NCBI GenBank assembly: GCA_002762915.1
Contig: PCYF01000001.1
Span: 1-56,260, forward strand
DNA from: Candidatus Woesearchaeota archaeon CG10_big_fil_rev_8_21_14_0_10_32_9
Lineage (GTDB): Archaea; Nanobdellota; Nanobdellia; Woesearchaeales; 21-14-0-10-32-9
DNA: 56,260 bases
Direction: 5' to 3'
The notes under the pieces are model-generated. The model did no database searches and had not been told where the DNA came from. It saw only the letters and a list, made by a program, of their open reading frames with translations. Position 1 is the first letter of the stretch. Every line of letters starts with the position of its first letter. Made by a program: the position numbers and the translations under genes. Shown here piece by piece: positions 8,371 to 19,262 of this stretch.

Positions 8371-11300
8371 TTAAGATTCCTGTTCTTCCATAAAACTTGA
8401 TAGTCCTGTTTGTACTTCTTTATCTCTTCCAAAGACGCCTTCAATTCTTCTCTGAGTTAATTCTAAAGTTTGTTTTATGTATGAACTGACATGATATTTT
8501 TCTGCAAGCATCATGCTGTATTCCATATACTTTACTATACTTCCCTCACTTATTGTAAAAATAATTTTACCCCCGCACTGATTACATTTTCCCATCAACG
8601 GAGGACGTCTATATTTTTCATTACAGTGAACACATCTGAATTCTTGTGTTGAGAACTTTCTTAGATTTCCTTTAGTGTCTCTTATAAAATGCTTTTCAAT
8701 TATCAATCTTGCAACATCAGATTGATCAACCGCTCGCAATTTTACAGCTATATCCATTTGTGCTTGAACTTTATCCCCCATGCTAGGCAAAAGTTTGTAA
8801 GAAGAACATAAAACTCCTGCATTTATATTTGTAGTATCGTGAGTAAATCCAAAATTTTCATATTGTGCTTCAGTTCCAATTACGTTTCCTATTCTTTTCA
8901 TCTTTACATCATAGGGCATTTTGTATTGATCTGCAGCACGATATAACGCCAAAGGATACTTGTAAGCCAAATCAACGTTGAACACCATATCATCAACTTC
9001 TGCAGGCAAAACTACCGAAGTTAATACTAAAGGGGCATCCATGGTACTACCTCTAGAACTTGGAAGATATTGTTTTGAAAAATTTAAATAGGCATCCATT
9101 AATAATAAAATGCAAGATTCATCTCCATCACAATCTCTTCTCATTGCAGCATGAATATAAGGATGTGCGAAAAATGCTTGTGTTTTAGAAAAACCAACTA
9201 TTCTTGTTACTATTCCTGCAGATGTGTGAGGCGCTAACCCTATTGTCAGGTGTCCGACCAAATCTTCTTTAGATTTTAAATTATAAAATGGTTTCAAACC
9301 ATATAATTTTTCTAGTTCTTCGTCAATAAAATTTGCGGTTCTAAATAAAACTTCATCTGAGGCTTCATCCGGAGAAACTGTTGAACAAGGCAAAACTATA
9401 TCTTGAACTTTTAGCTCCAAAATTTGATCATCTTTTTCCAGAGGAAACCCATAAATGTCTTTTTTGTATCCTAATTCAATTAATTTTTTGACAGGCACGT
9501 TTATTTCTTTCGGCTTGAAATGAGTTAAAGACACCTCTGAACAATCATATCTTATTGTTCCGTCTTTATTTACGGAAAGATTGTGTTTTGCACGCAATAT
9601 TCCTTTCATCAAGTGTTCAGACATGTGTTCTTTATTGGCTGTACCTCGTACGCCTTTAATTAAATCTGGTAAAATTTTTGTGTTTAATTTTCTTTTTAAA
9701 TTTTCAATTATTTCAACTATTTTTATTTCTGTTTTTTTATATTTTGGAACTTCATGTTCGCAAGTTGTGGACTCTCCACATTGTGGACAATATTTAACTA
9801 AATCTGTTTTTGAATCGCATTTTTCACAGATTTTAAATGGAGTTATATTTGAACATTTTTTACATTTAAAGAGCTGTATTTCCGCAGTTATTCTTTTGAC
9901 ATCCATTGCAGATTGAAAACTTCTTAATCTTCCTCCTTCTTCACCAACAGGAAATAATGCATGAGGGCTTCCAGTCAATTTTCTCATCTTTGCTTTTTCA
10001 GGTCTACCCATTCTTGCTCCAATAAAAGTTCCTGACTTGTCTCTTATTTCTACTCCTGACAATTCAGTCAAAACATCAGAAGGTTTTTCGTGTTTAGATA
10101 ACATTTGTTCAAATAAAGAATCATCTTTTTTCAATTGAAAAACATAATTGAGTGCTTCTGCATGTTCATTCTCAATGACTACAAATTCATTATTAATTTG
10201 CTTGTGTGGCACACCTATTAATTCTAAAAATCTTTTTTGTTTTTCTTTTAAATTAAGAATAATTTTGTTGTCTTCTATTTTTCCTGTTTTTATCCAGACA
10301 CGAAGTTCTTTTAAATCTGCAACATTTATTGTATTCCAATAATAGAGATGAGAAGGATGTAATGAAATGTTTAACATCTTTGATATTTCTAATGCCGCAG
10401 TAAAACTTATTTTCGTTTTTAGAGGATTCTTAAGAAGTGTTGTAATTTTTTCAGGATCTATTGATACTAAATCTGATATTTTTTCAGGATCTATTGTCCA
10501 AAAAAGATTTATTGCTGCTTCTTCCAATTCTTGTATCCATATTTCTTGACAATATCCAGCAGGCACTAATTTGTGAGCTCTATCATAAAAGTCTCCATAA
10601 TTAATTAAAACATCTCCAAAATAAATTATTTCCTGCACATCATCTTTATATTTTTTAGCATCAATTTCATTATCAACGTACACAACATCTCCATTTTTTA
10701 GTTTTATAATTGGACCATCAATTGTATCACAACAAGAATATGCTGCAGCTTTACCTGGTCTTTCTACTTTTAGTTGGGTTCCTGTTGCAATAAAATTATT
10801 AGATAGAATCATTGTCGCAGGATGCACTGATTGTGCTGAGAATCCTGATGTTCTAGATCTACCATATCTTAATCTTAAACCGCCCGATCTTAATGGGTGA
10901 CCAAGAACTGGTCTTCCTCCGACTAAATCAGTTATGTATGTAAAGTCAGGAGCTAACTTTCCTGTCACTTCTTTTTTAGTTGATTTAGATTTCATTTTTG
11001 TTTGAATTTTAAGAAATTCTTCCATGAACGCCCAATGTTTCATATCCATCTCAGGACCCCACGTTCGTATTTTGGCCCAGAGTTTTGGTCCTTTCAAAGG
11101 AATACAAGAACTGTGTATTAAACAATACCCGCTTCTCAATTTATTTGTTGGAACTCTTGGTAAATCTCTTAATAAGGCACTAGAAATATTAAATTTTTCT
11201 GAAGGATCTCCAGATATTTCAACCGGTAAATGTCTTAATAAAAATTCTGTTTCTGCCTTAGAAGGAAAATATTGTAAATTGGTAACATATTCGTGATAAT

Positions 11301-11892
11301 CTTCTAATTCTGCATGACATCTTTGCACTTCTTTTTCTGTAGGATCATATTCTTGATATCCTAATTGTTTTCGCACATAATCTGCAATTATAACTGATAC
11401 TGCAGCAGCAGTTCCTCCTGCAGCTCTAATTGGTCCTGAGAAATTAATACAAAAGTATTTTCCTTTTCCATCTAATCTATCTTTTATTTCTAGCGTGGTA
11501 AACCCTTCTAAAGGCGCAGATACAACTCCTAAAGTCACATAGGCAAATCCTGTTCTTATTCCTACTTCCATTGCTTCGGTTTTATTTTTAAAAGTGCAAA
11601 ATTTTTCTTGAGCAATTTCTAAGGCTATTTTTAATGCGACTCTCCAATCTAACGGAGAGTATATTTCTTCAAGTTCAATTATTCTTTTTATTGCTCCTGA
11701 TTCAGACAACTGAGGAGCTACAGCAGATATTAATCCTATTACCCTTTCTGCTAAATTTTCAGCTAACTTTACTTCAACAAAATCTTCAGGATCGTATCCT
11801 TTCTTTTTTGCTTCTGAGGCTAGTTTATATTCTTTTAGAGCTTCTTTTTTAAGTTCTTCAAAATATTCTTGTACTTGTTTAGATGCAATCAT
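8371..11892 (-). CDS. polC: DNA polymerase D large subunit DP2
   Basis: GPIRAAGGT, RLRYGRSR, RMGRPEK, GLAPHTS, catalytic RRDCDGDE, C-terminal CVHC/CNQC; no intein. Confidence 0.97.
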   Translation of the reverse strand: MIASKQVQEYFEELKKEALKEYKLASEAKKKGYDPEDFVEVKLAENLAERVIGLISAVAPQLSESGAIKRIIELEEIYSPLDWRVALKIALEIAQEKFCTFKNKTEAMEVGIRTGFAYVTLGVVSAPLEGFTTLEIKDRLDGKGKYFCINFSGPIRAAGGTAAAVSVIIADYVRKQLGYQEYDPTEKEVQRCHAELEDYHEYVTNLQYFPSKAETEFLLRHLPVEISGDPSEKFNISSALLRDLPRVPTNKLRSGYCLIHSSCIPLKGPKLWAKIRTWGPEMDMKHWAFMEEFLKIQTKMKSKSTKKEVTGKLAPDFTYITDLVGGRPVLGHPLRSGGLRLRYGRSRTSGFSAQSVHPATMILSNNFIATGTQLKVERPGKAAAYSCCDTIDGPIIKLKNGDVVYVDNEIDAKKYKDDVQEIIYFGDVLINYGDFYDRAHKLVPAGYCQEIWIQELEEAAINLFWTIDPEKISDLVSIDPEKITTLLKNPLKTKISFTAALEISKMLNISLHPSHLYYWNTINVADLKELRVWIKTGKIEDNKIILNLKEKQKRFLELIGVPHKQINNEFVVIENEHAEALNYVFQLKKDDSLFEQMLSKHEKPSDVLTELSGVEIRDKSGTFIGARMGRPEKAKMRKLTGSPHALFPVGEEGGRLRSFQSAMDVKRITAEIQLFKCKKCSNITPFKICEKCDSKTDLVKYCPQCGESTTCEHEVPKYKKTEIKIVEIIENLKRKLNTKILPDLIKGVRGTANKEHMSEHLMKGILRAKHNLSVNKDGTIRYDCSEVSLTHFKPKEINVPVKKLIELGYKKDIYGFPLEKDDQILELKVQDIVLPCSTVSPDEASDEVLFRTANFIDEELEKLYGLKPFYNLKSKEDLVGHLTIGLAPHTSAGIVTRIVGFSKTQAFFAHPYIHAAMRRDCDGDESCILLLMDAYLNFSKQYLPSSRGSTMDAPLVLTSVVLPAEVDDMVFNVDLAYKYPLALYRAADQYKMPYDVKMKRIGNVIGTEAQYENFGFTHDTTNINAGVLCSSYKLLPSMGDKVQAQMDIAVKLRAVDQSDVARLIIEKHFIRDTKGNLRKFSTQEFRCVHCNEKYRRPPLMGKCNQCGGKIIFTISEGSIVKYMEYSMMLAEKYHVSSYIKQTLELTQRRIEGVFGRDKEVQTGLSSFMEEQES

Positions 11893-11893
11893 T

Positions 11894-13408
11894 TTATGTC
11901 ATTTTTTTAAGTTCTTTAACTTCTTTGTTGATTTCTTCTTCTTTTTCTTTTGATTTTTTTGTAAGGAAATTCATTATTTTAACATCTCTGGTTTTTAAGT
12001 TTATAATTGGTATTCTTGCAGGAAGAGGTTCTAAACCTCTTTTAATTTGATCGTCAGTTGTTTCAGTCCAACATGACGCATTTACTAAAGTAACATTTCT
12101 ATAACTCGAAACGCTAGATCTATGAATGTGTCCTGTTATAAAGAAATCAGGAACGGCATCTATTAAAAGAAAGTCCTCTTCGGAATCAGGAAGATACAAT
12201 GTGGATTTGTGTGTTGGTGCTAAATGTCTTCTTTGTAACAAAAATTTCATTATTAAATCTGATCTTTTTTGTCCTCCTGCCTCTCTTATTGAAGGAACAT
12301 TTTCAGAATAATAAATTAAAGAGCCTCCATGATATAATAAAAAGTCAAATCCTGGAAAGTCATCTTTAGCACCCACATTAACTTGTGCCGGATTTGATAC
12401 TATTGTTATGTTTGGCATTGCCCATATTGCCTCAGCCATATCTTTGAATGGTCTTTCTTGAGGTTCGGATAGTCTTCCTGCGTCGTGATTTCCTGACATA
12501 ACAACCAATTTTATTGTTTGAGGAATTTTTTTTAACCAATTTGCGGCTTCTTGATACTGTTCTTTTATATCAAGTATTTCTAGATCTGCTTCTTGTCCAG
12601 GATATATTCCCACACCTTCAACAATATCTCCTGTTAGTATCAAGTATTTAGTTTTTTGCGCAATTGTTCGTTGTTCTTCGTTACCTAACTCTCCGTTAAT
12701 CCAATGAATAAATTTTGTAAATTCTTCTTTCATAAAATGTTTAGAACCGAAGTGAGTGTCTCCTAACAACACAACATATTCTTCTTCTTTTTGTTTTTTT
12801 AATTCTTTACTTAATGGAATATCCGGAAAAACAATTTTTTCTATAAATAGTGCTTTATTTATTATTACTCCAACAACACCTATAACTTCATCCAACACAA
12901 GGTCATTAGATGTTTGATATAGTTCTTTGTTTTTTTCTGTTTCTTTCACTATTGCAGTTATTGTTCCAGTTAGATCTTCCAATTTAATTATCAAAGAATT
13001 GTTTTTTGTTAGTGATTTATCTTGAATCATTCCTATTATTGTTACCCGTTCATTATTGTTTTTGTTTACAAGACGAGAAATTGAAGTTATTCCTTGCAAA
13101 TCTTGTCTATATTTAAGCATCTGGGTTATATTTTTAAATCTTAAATTAAATACCGAAACAAAATCTTGAAAAGTCCTTTTCTTCGGAGGCTTATCATATG
13201 ATTTTATTATTTTTATTTTATGCTCATCTTTACTTTTTTGTTTTTCTTCGAAGTCTCTAAGTACTTTTTCATCTAAAAAATCTAGAGTTTCTCCATATTC
13301 TTCAACTAAAGAATTTAAAAGAAGTTCATCTATTTCTTTATCAAGTATTTCCGGGCTTATTAATACTCCTTTTTCTATTAGTTTTGATAGTGTTTGTGAA
13401 GAAGTCAT
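11894..13408 (-). CDS. polB: DNA polymerase D small subunit DP1 (3'-5' exonuclease)
   Basis: OB fold plus phosphoesterase motifs DTHFGS, GDIVEG, GNHD, YHG, GHIH; adjacent to DP2. Confidence 0.95.
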   Translation of the reverse strand: MTSSQTLSKLIEKGVLISPEILDKEIDELLLNSLVEEYGETLDFLDEKVLRDFEEKQKSKDEHKIKIIKSYDKPPKKRTFQDFVSVFNLRFKNITQMLKYRQDLQGITSISRLVNKNNNERVTIIGMIQDKSLTKNNSLIIKLEDLTGTITAIVKETEKNKELYQTSNDLVLDEVIGVVGVIINKALFIEKIVFPDIPLSKELKKQKEEEYVVLLGDTHFGSKHFMKEEFTKFIHWINGELGNEEQRTIAQKTKYLILTGDIVEGVGIYPGQEADLEILDIKEQYQEAANWLKKIPQTIKLVVMSGNHDAGRLSEPQERPFKDMAEAIWAMPNITIVSNPAQVNVGAKDDFPGFDFLLYHGGSLIYYSENVPSIREAGGQKRSDLIMKFLLQRRHLAPTHKSTLYLPDSEEDFLLIDAVPDFFITGHIHRSSVSSYRNVTLVNASCWTETTDDQIKRGLEPLPARIPIINLKTRDVKIMNFLTKKSKEKEEEINKEVKELKKMT

Positions 13409-13409
13409 C

Positions 13410-14630
13410 TTACTTTCCTTCTTTTATTTCTAGTTCTTCTTCTAATATTTGCATTATTTTTCTCTCAATTACTGCAGGTAAAGAAATACTTATTTCTCTT
13501 GTTCTTCCGAATCTTCCTTTACTTATTACTTTTGTATTTATTATTCCTAACATGTCAAGTTCGGCTATAATATCCGAAACTCTTCTTTGGGTTAAAGGTC
13601 TTAAACCTGTTTTGTTACAAATGTTTTTGTATAATTCGTAAATATCTCCTGTTAAAATTTCAGATTTTTTATTTTGACTTAATATGAGTATTGGATATAG
13701 TGTTGCTTGAAATTGTTTGGGATGCGTTTTTACCATATCTACTAATCTATCGCGCTCTATTTTATCTTCTGCTTCATCTATGTTTTCTATTTTTACTTGA
13801 TCTTGATTTTTTCTTTCCGCTAATTCTCCTGCAACTCTTAACAATTCTAAAGCCCTCCTGGCATCCCCGTGTTCTCTTGCGGCGTATGCTGCACATTTCT
13901 GAAGAACTCCATCTTCTATTATGTCTTGTTTGAATGCTTTAGCCGCTCTTTTTTTTAGAATGTCTTGAATTTGCATTGCATTATATGGTGGAAAAACAAT
14001 TTCTTCTTCTGATAAAGAAGATTTAACTCTCGGATCTAAGTTGTTTGCAAACATTAAATCATTAGATATTCCTATTATTGATAATTGTGATTTTTTTAGT
14101 TCGGAATTTATTCTTGTTAAATTATAAATTATTTCATCGCCTGCTTTTTTTATTAATTGATCTATTTCATCTAAAATTAAGATTATTATTTTTTCTTCAG
14201 CATCAAGTGCTTGAAAAAAGATGTTATATACTTCATCTGTTGGTAATCCTGTAGGAGGAACTGCTTTTCCAAAAAATCTTGCTAATTCAGCAATTAGTCT
14301 GTATTCTGTGTCTGCTATTTTTTTTAATTTACAATTTAGATAAAATATTTGTAAAGGCAGTCCTTTTTCTTTTGAAATATTTTCCATTTGTTCTGCAACA
14401 TATCTGGAAACCAAGGTTTTTCCTGTTCCTGTTTTACCATAAACAAACAAATTTGAGGGTTTTTCTAATTTTAGTGCTGGCGCCAAGATCTGTGCTATTT
14501 GTGCTATTTGTTCATCTCTGTGACTTATTTCTCCAGGTATATATGAAGATTGTAATACTTTTTTATTGTCGAAGATTGTGTCTTTTTTTAGAAATTTCTC
14601 GAAGAATAAATTTAAGTTGTTCTGAACCAT
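13410..14630 (-). CDS. cdc6: Orc1/Cdc6 replication initiator
   Basis: GKTGTGKT, LDEID, GDARRAL and winged-helix SKGRFGRTR. Confidence 0.97.
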   Translation of the reverse strand: MVQNNLNLFFEKFLKKDTIFDNKKVLQSSYIPGEISHRDEQIAQIAQILAPALKLEKPSNLFVYGKTGTGKTLVSRYVAEQMENISKEKGLPLQIFYLNCKLKKIADTEYRLIAELARFFGKAVPPTGLPTDEVYNIFFQALDAEEKIIILILDEIDQLIKKAGDEIIYNLTRINSELKKSQLSIIGISNDLMFANNLDPRVKSSLSEEEIVFPPYNAMQIQDILKKRAAKAFKQDIIEDGVLQKCAAYAAREHGDARRALELLRVAGELAERKNQDQVKIENIDEAEDKIERDRLVDMVKTHPKQFQATLYPILILSQNKKSEILTGDIYELYKNICNKTGLRPLTQRRVSDIIAELDMLGIINTKVISKGRFGRTREISISLPAVIERKIMQILEEELEIKEGK

Positions 14631-14711
14631 ACTTCCAAGAGAAATATAGGTTATATAAATATTCTTCTTCTGGAACCTATGTTATTTAAAATATTGTATT
14701 TAAAACTAGCA

Positions 14712-14737
14712 CCCCTACCCCTGTGTTTCTTATGGAG
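14712..14737 (-). promoter_or_regulatory. ORB element
   Basis: Minus strand reads CTCCATAAGAAACACAGGGGTAGGGG. Confidence 0.75.
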
Positions 14738-14887
14738 TTTTTATATTTTGAAAAAGTTCTGGTGTTTTTTGAGTTATTTTTAGACAGTTTTTGTATCCTT
14801 TTGTATTTTTTAATACTTTTTTACTGTTTTAACAAGATTGACATAAGCACAAAGTTTCTCAGTTTGTTCTTATTCTCTTCTAAATCG

Positions 14888-14925
<38 letters not shown>

Positions 14926-15006
14926 ATAAATATATAATATAACTTCCATATAGAAACTAAATGTTTTTTAAAAATAAAACAATAATAAACTTAATTATAT
15001 TAAAAC

Positions 15007-15060
15007 TAAATAAATTAAAATTAATAATAAAATTAAATAAATTAAAATTAATAATAAAAT
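15007..15060. repeat. 27-bp A/T-only tandem duplication
   Basis: TAAATAAATTAAAATTAATAATAAAAT x2. Confidence 0.85.
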
Positions 15061-15301
15061 TAAACATATTAAAGTAATAATTATAATAAATATTTTTTAT
15101 ATAATATAATTAAATATAATAAATAAAATAATAAAACAAAAATGATGACAATCAATTTTATTTATATTTGCAGAAAAAATATGTTTGTTTGATATATTAA
15201 ATAACAAACAGATCTCATTTTTTAAATTAAAAAATAACAAAAAAATTTTATATATCCATTAAATTAAGTGACTCAACAACTCAAGTTTATTATTAATTTT
15301 A

Positions 15302-15324
15302 GTTCTAAAGGAAACAGAGGGGTG
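15302..15324 (+). promoter_or_regulatory. ORB element
   Basis: GTTCTAAAGGAAACAGAGGGGTG. Confidence 0.75.
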
Positions 15325-15347
15325 AGAGTAAAGATGATATTTAATAA

Positions 15348-17018
15348 CTACAACTCTAAAATTTTTTCTTGAATTATTCTCGACAATTTATCAACATCTA
15401 TCTCTAAAATTGAAATAGGAAAATCTATTTCAAAGTGATTTAATACGTTAGGATGAATCTCTCCAACACAACCTATTTCTTCTTTATTAACAATTATTTT
15501 AGCTGATCTACCCTCAATATAAATTTCTTCTTTAACTCTAATAAGTGAATATTCAACATTAAAGCTGTTTAGTAAAGAATCTAATTCTTGTTTGATTGTT
15601 GTAAAGGATACATTTTCTCCACAAGCAGAAATACATAAAGAGTTTTGTTCTTCAACCAACGTGTCTTTTTTTTCATTTTTCATAAATATTGTTCCTATTT
15701 CAAAAAAGAATTGAGGGTACTCATAATGCTTGTTGCTTTTGTATGTTCTTAATACAGAAGGTATTAAGCTTTTTCTTAATGAATCGTATTCTGAAGATAA
15801 AGAATTTTTTATTTTAACAACATTCTTTAATTTTAGCTGTTTTTGTTCTTCTGAATTTATTAAAGAAAAATTGAATATCTCAATATATTGGGTTCCTATT
15901 AATATTTCTCTTATTTTTCTTTTTAATTTTTCTATAAATAGTTCTTTTCCTGTTGTTGAAGGTCTCTGAGGATCTTCTTTAATGTTTTCAAAACCATAAG
16001 CTATAACTATGTCTTCAACTAAATCAATTGGGTGTAGAACATCAGTTCTATAAGATGGAATGCTTACGTTTATTTTTGTATTTCCTTCTGCATCAAAACC
16101 CATTTTTTTAAGTAATTTAATTATTTCAGTAGATTTAAGATGTGTTCCTAAGTACTTAGAAACATAATCTTGCTCAAGATACATTTGTTCAGGAACAAAA
16201 GACGGAGTTATCTCTGTTTTTGAGTCATATTTTACTTTTACTTCAAAAAGCTCTCCACCCATGTCTGCAAATGCTGTGGAAAGCATATTAATTGCTTTAG
16301 AAACTACGTTAAAATTAAATCCAGAACATTCTATAAACACTTCTTTTGTTTTTACGTCAACTTTTCCTGTTTGTTCAGAATTGATAATTGGAGGCATACT
16401 TAATATTTGATTTTTTGAATCAATAAATACAGGAAATTTTGGTTTATTCTCGAGCAAATAGCCATATTCTTTTCCTGTTTTATGTTGTTTTAATATCTGA
16501 GTTCCCGTAAAACTTTTATTTTCTCCTAAAGGCACGAATTTAATTTCTTCAGGCTTTAGCGCAGTATATGTGATAGGAAAACTTATTTTAGTTAAAGGAT
16601 ACACACCTATTGCACATCTTTTTCTGTTTCGTCCATAAGTTACATGTAGTTTTTCTTGAATTGCAATTATATTCAATAATTTTTCTTCGTTAAGCTTAAG
16701 ATTTTTTACAACAACGCAAGCAGTATAAGGCCTTATTTCTTTAACATCTTTTTGTACAACGACTTGATAGGATGATTTTTTTGCACTATATTTCTTTAAG
16801 CCTGAATCAAAACCCATAAATGTTTTGAGGGCTCTTGCAAATCCCTCCTCCGAAAGAAGATCTGGCCTATTAGGAAATATTTCCACAACAATATTTTCTT
16901 TGGTAATTTCTTCTAAATCTGTACCTAAATAACTAATTCTGTCTTTCAAGACTTCATCTGGTATTTTTTTTCCTAATAAATCCAGTATTCTATTTTTGTT
17001 TAGAGTTATTGTTGGCAT
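15348..17018 (-). CDS. pheT: Phenylalanine--tRNA ligase beta subunit
   Basis: MPTIT start, PNRPDLLS, QEKLH, SMPPIINS, YRTDVLHPIDLVED. Confidence 0.95.
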   Translation of the reverse strand: MPTITLNKNRILDLLGKKIPDEVLKDRISYLGTDLEEITKENIVVEIFPNRPDLLSEEGFARALKTFMGFDSGLKKYSAKKSSYQVVVQKDVKEIRPYTACVVVKNLKLNEEKLLNIIAIQEKLHVTYGRNRKRCAIGVYPLTKISFPITYTALKPEEIKFVPLGENKSFTGTQILKQHKTGKEYGYLLENKPKFPVFIDSKNQILSMPPIINSEQTGKVDVKTKEVFIECSGFNFNVVSKAINMLSTAFADMGGELFEVKVKYDSKTEITPSFVPEQMYLEQDYVSKYLGTHLKSTEIIKLLKKMGFDAEGNTKINVSIPSYRTDVLHPIDLVEDIVIAYGFENIKEDPQRPSTTGKELFIEKLKRKIREILIGTQYIEIFNFSLINSEEQKQLKLKNVVKIKNSLSSEYDSLRKSLIPSVLRTYKSNKHYEYPQFFFEIGTIFMKNEKKDTLVEEQNSLCISACGENVSFTTIKQELDSLLNSFNVEYSLIRVKEEIYIEGRSAKIIVNKEEIGCVGEIHPNVLNHFEIDFPISILEIDVDKLSRIIQEKILEL

Positions 17019-17019
17019 T

Positions 17020-17664
17020 TTATTTCATTTTTTTTGTTAATTTTATTTTTGAGTTTTTACTCTCTTCTGTATCTTGTAAATCGTCGTCTAAAGGTGTTGT
17101 CACATTTTTGTTTTTTGAGTGTTTTTTAATCAATTTTAATATTAAGTCTACTGCTTCTTTTGCAGTATTTGCACCATATATGAACTCAGTTTTTCTTACG
17201 TCAAAATATTTGTTTGTTAATTCTTTTGCTATGCCTCCGCTGGGCGTTAATGCAACTAGCGGTTTGTTCATCATATATGCATAAGTTGCTTCATTTAATG
17301 TTCCTGCACCGCCACCTACAATTATTGCACCATCGCAACTGTTTAGGTTTATGCTGTTTCTGGACCAGCCAATTCCTGTTGCTACAACAACATCAGCATA
17401 ATCATTTACTTTGTTAAGATTTTCCCAAGGAATTATTGCAAGTGTTTTTCCTTTGTGCTTTTTAGCTCCTTTTAATGCCGCCTCCATAACTCCCAAACCA
17501 CCTCCGGTTAAGGTTAGAGCTTTTCTTTTTGCTATTTCCTCTCCAACTTCAAAGGCAAGATTATATGCTTCAGGGGTCGTTATGGCTTTACTAGAACCAA
17601 GAACAACTATTTGTAGTTGTCTTTTCACTTTCGGAATTTTCATTTTTTGATATTTGTTTTTCAT
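17020..17664 (-). CDS. LOG/SLOG family nucleotide-binding protein (TIGR00725-like)
   Basis: TGGGLGVMEAA and GGGAGTLNE motifs. Confidence 0.85.
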   Translation of the reverse strand: MKNKYQKMKIPKVKRQLQIVVLGSSKAITTPEAYNLAFEVGEEIAKRKALTLTGGGLGVMEAALKGAKKHKGKTLAIIPWENLNKVNDYADVVVATGIGWSRNSINLNSCDGAIIVGGGAGTLNEATYAYMMNKPLVALTPSGGIAKELTNKYFDVRKTEFIYGANTAKEAVDLILKLIKKHSKNKNVTTPLDDDLQDTEESKNSKIKLTKKMK

Positions 17665-17671
17665 TTTATCC

Positions 17672-19192
17672 TCATTTAATGAATGTCTTCATTGTTTTTA
17701 ATTGTTCTAAATCGTTTTTGTATATTTCTCTCAGATCATTAATTTTGTAGTAATTTGATATTATTCTTTCCATTCCAAGACCCCAGGCTAAAACAGGACA
17801 CTCAAAACCTAAAAGCGTTTTTGTTACTTCTGGTCTAAATATTCCACAACCGCCCATTTCTACCCATTGTTTTTTTACAGGATTATATGCTTCTATTTCT
17901 GCACTTGGTTCTGTGTATGGAAAATGAGCAGGTCTTATTCTAACATCTGTGAAGCCCATTTTAGTAAAGAATTCTTTTAAGTATCCTTTTAGCTTAACTA
18001 AATTTACGTCTGGGTCGATAACTATTCCATCCACTTGATGAAATTCAAATAAATGTTTCCAATCTAGAACTTCATTTCTAAAAACCTTACCAACAATGAA
18101 ATATTTTTTTGGCAAGTCTTCTTTTTTCAATTTATTTAATGTGTGTGCACTTACAACAGTTGTGTGCGTTCTTAGTAATGTTTCTTGTGCTATTTTTTCT
18201 GAGTAAGGTGCTTGCCAGCCTTTCGAACCAGTATCTCCTCCCGTTTCATGTACTTTTTTAACTTTTTGTAATATTTTCGAATCTACTTTTGAATTGTGTT
18301 CTAAATAAAATGTGTCTTGCAATTCTCTTGCCGGATGATCTTGTGGAACGAATAATGCATCCAAATCCCAGAACGCGCTTTGCACTTGATTTCCTTCCAT
18401 TTCTTCAAAACCAAGTTCTAACCAAATGTTTCTTATGTATTCTATTGCTTCATTCACAAAATGTTTCTTTCCTTTATTTATTCTCGGTACTTTGCTAGTT
18501 ATATCAAATGTTTTTAATTGAGTTTCTTTCCAAGATCCAGTTCTTATCATTTCAGGAGTAAGTTTGTCTGCAACTTTTGTTTCTAATAGTTTTTTATCTT
18601 TAAGAAGTTCTTTTCCAAGGACTGTTAATTTTGCAAAGAACTCTGTTTTTTTGTCCTTTAAGATTATATTTTTTCTTTTTAGAAGTTCTTCAAATATCTT
18701 TTTATCTTCTGTAGTTAAACTACTGCTGCTAAGAGGAAGTTTGTTTAGAAGTGCTTCTTCCACGAATCCTTTTTTTATTTTTTCTTGTCCTTCTTTTGTT
18801 ATCGAAAAAGTTAGTTCCTGTTCTTTTTTTACGTTGATATAATTATTTCTTTTAAGAAGACCCACACAAACATTTAATTCATCTTTATCAACTTGTTTGA
18901 ACTCAGATATTTTTTTTTCTTTAGGTTCTATTTCTTGTAAAAATCTTTTTTCAGGCAAACCTCTTTTCAAATAAAGTTTACCATTTGAATCTATTTTGTA
19001 AATCTCTTCTTCTTTTTTTTCAAGAGCAATCAATTCTTTATTTGCTAACCATTGTAATGCGCGTAACACTTCTATTTCTATTAAACCAGTTTCTCGTATT
19101 AATTCTGGAATAGAATTTGATTTTAAAACTGCCGGAAGGACTTTTCGTTCTAAGTTGCTCAGTTCCAGGGCTATTTCTTCTTTTGTTGGCAT
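17672..19192 (-). CDS. pheS: Phenylalanine--tRNA ligase alpha subunit
   Basis: FVPQDHPARELQDTF, LRTHTT, FPYTEPS, GLGMER. Confidence 0.96.
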   Translation of the reverse strand: MPTKEEIALELSNLERKVLPAVLKSNSIPELIRETGLIEIEVLRALQWLANKELIALEKKEEEIYKIDSNGKLYLKRGLPEKRFLQEIEPKEKKISEFKQVDKDELNVCVGLLKRNNYINVKKEQELTFSITKEGQEKIKKGFVEEALLNKLPLSSSSLTTEDKKIFEELLKRKNIILKDKKTEFFAKLTVLGKELLKDKKLLETKVADKLTPEMIRTGSWKETQLKTFDITSKVPRINKGKKHFVNEAIEYIRNIWLELGFEEMEGNQVQSAFWDLDALFVPQDHPARELQDTFYLEHNSKVDSKILQKVKKVHETGGDTGSKGWQAPYSEKIAQETLLRTHTTVVSAHTLNKLKKEDLPKKYFIVGKVFRNEVLDWKHLFEFHQVDGIVIDPDVNLVKLKGYLKEFFTKMGFTDVRIRPAHFPYTEPSAEIEAYNPVKKQWVEMGGCGIFRPEVTKTLLGFECPVLAWGLGMERIISNYYKINDLREIYKNDLEQLKTMKTFIK

Positions 19193-19262
19193 TGTACTTC
19201 TGAGGATATTCTATTATTTAAGGCTTTTGGAGAATAAAAATAAATAAAGAAAAATAAAAGGT

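Noticed and set aside
4264..14630. Inteins in MCM, DP2 or Cdc6
   Set aside because: Protein lengths are normal and no splice-junction or LAGLIDADG motifs were seen
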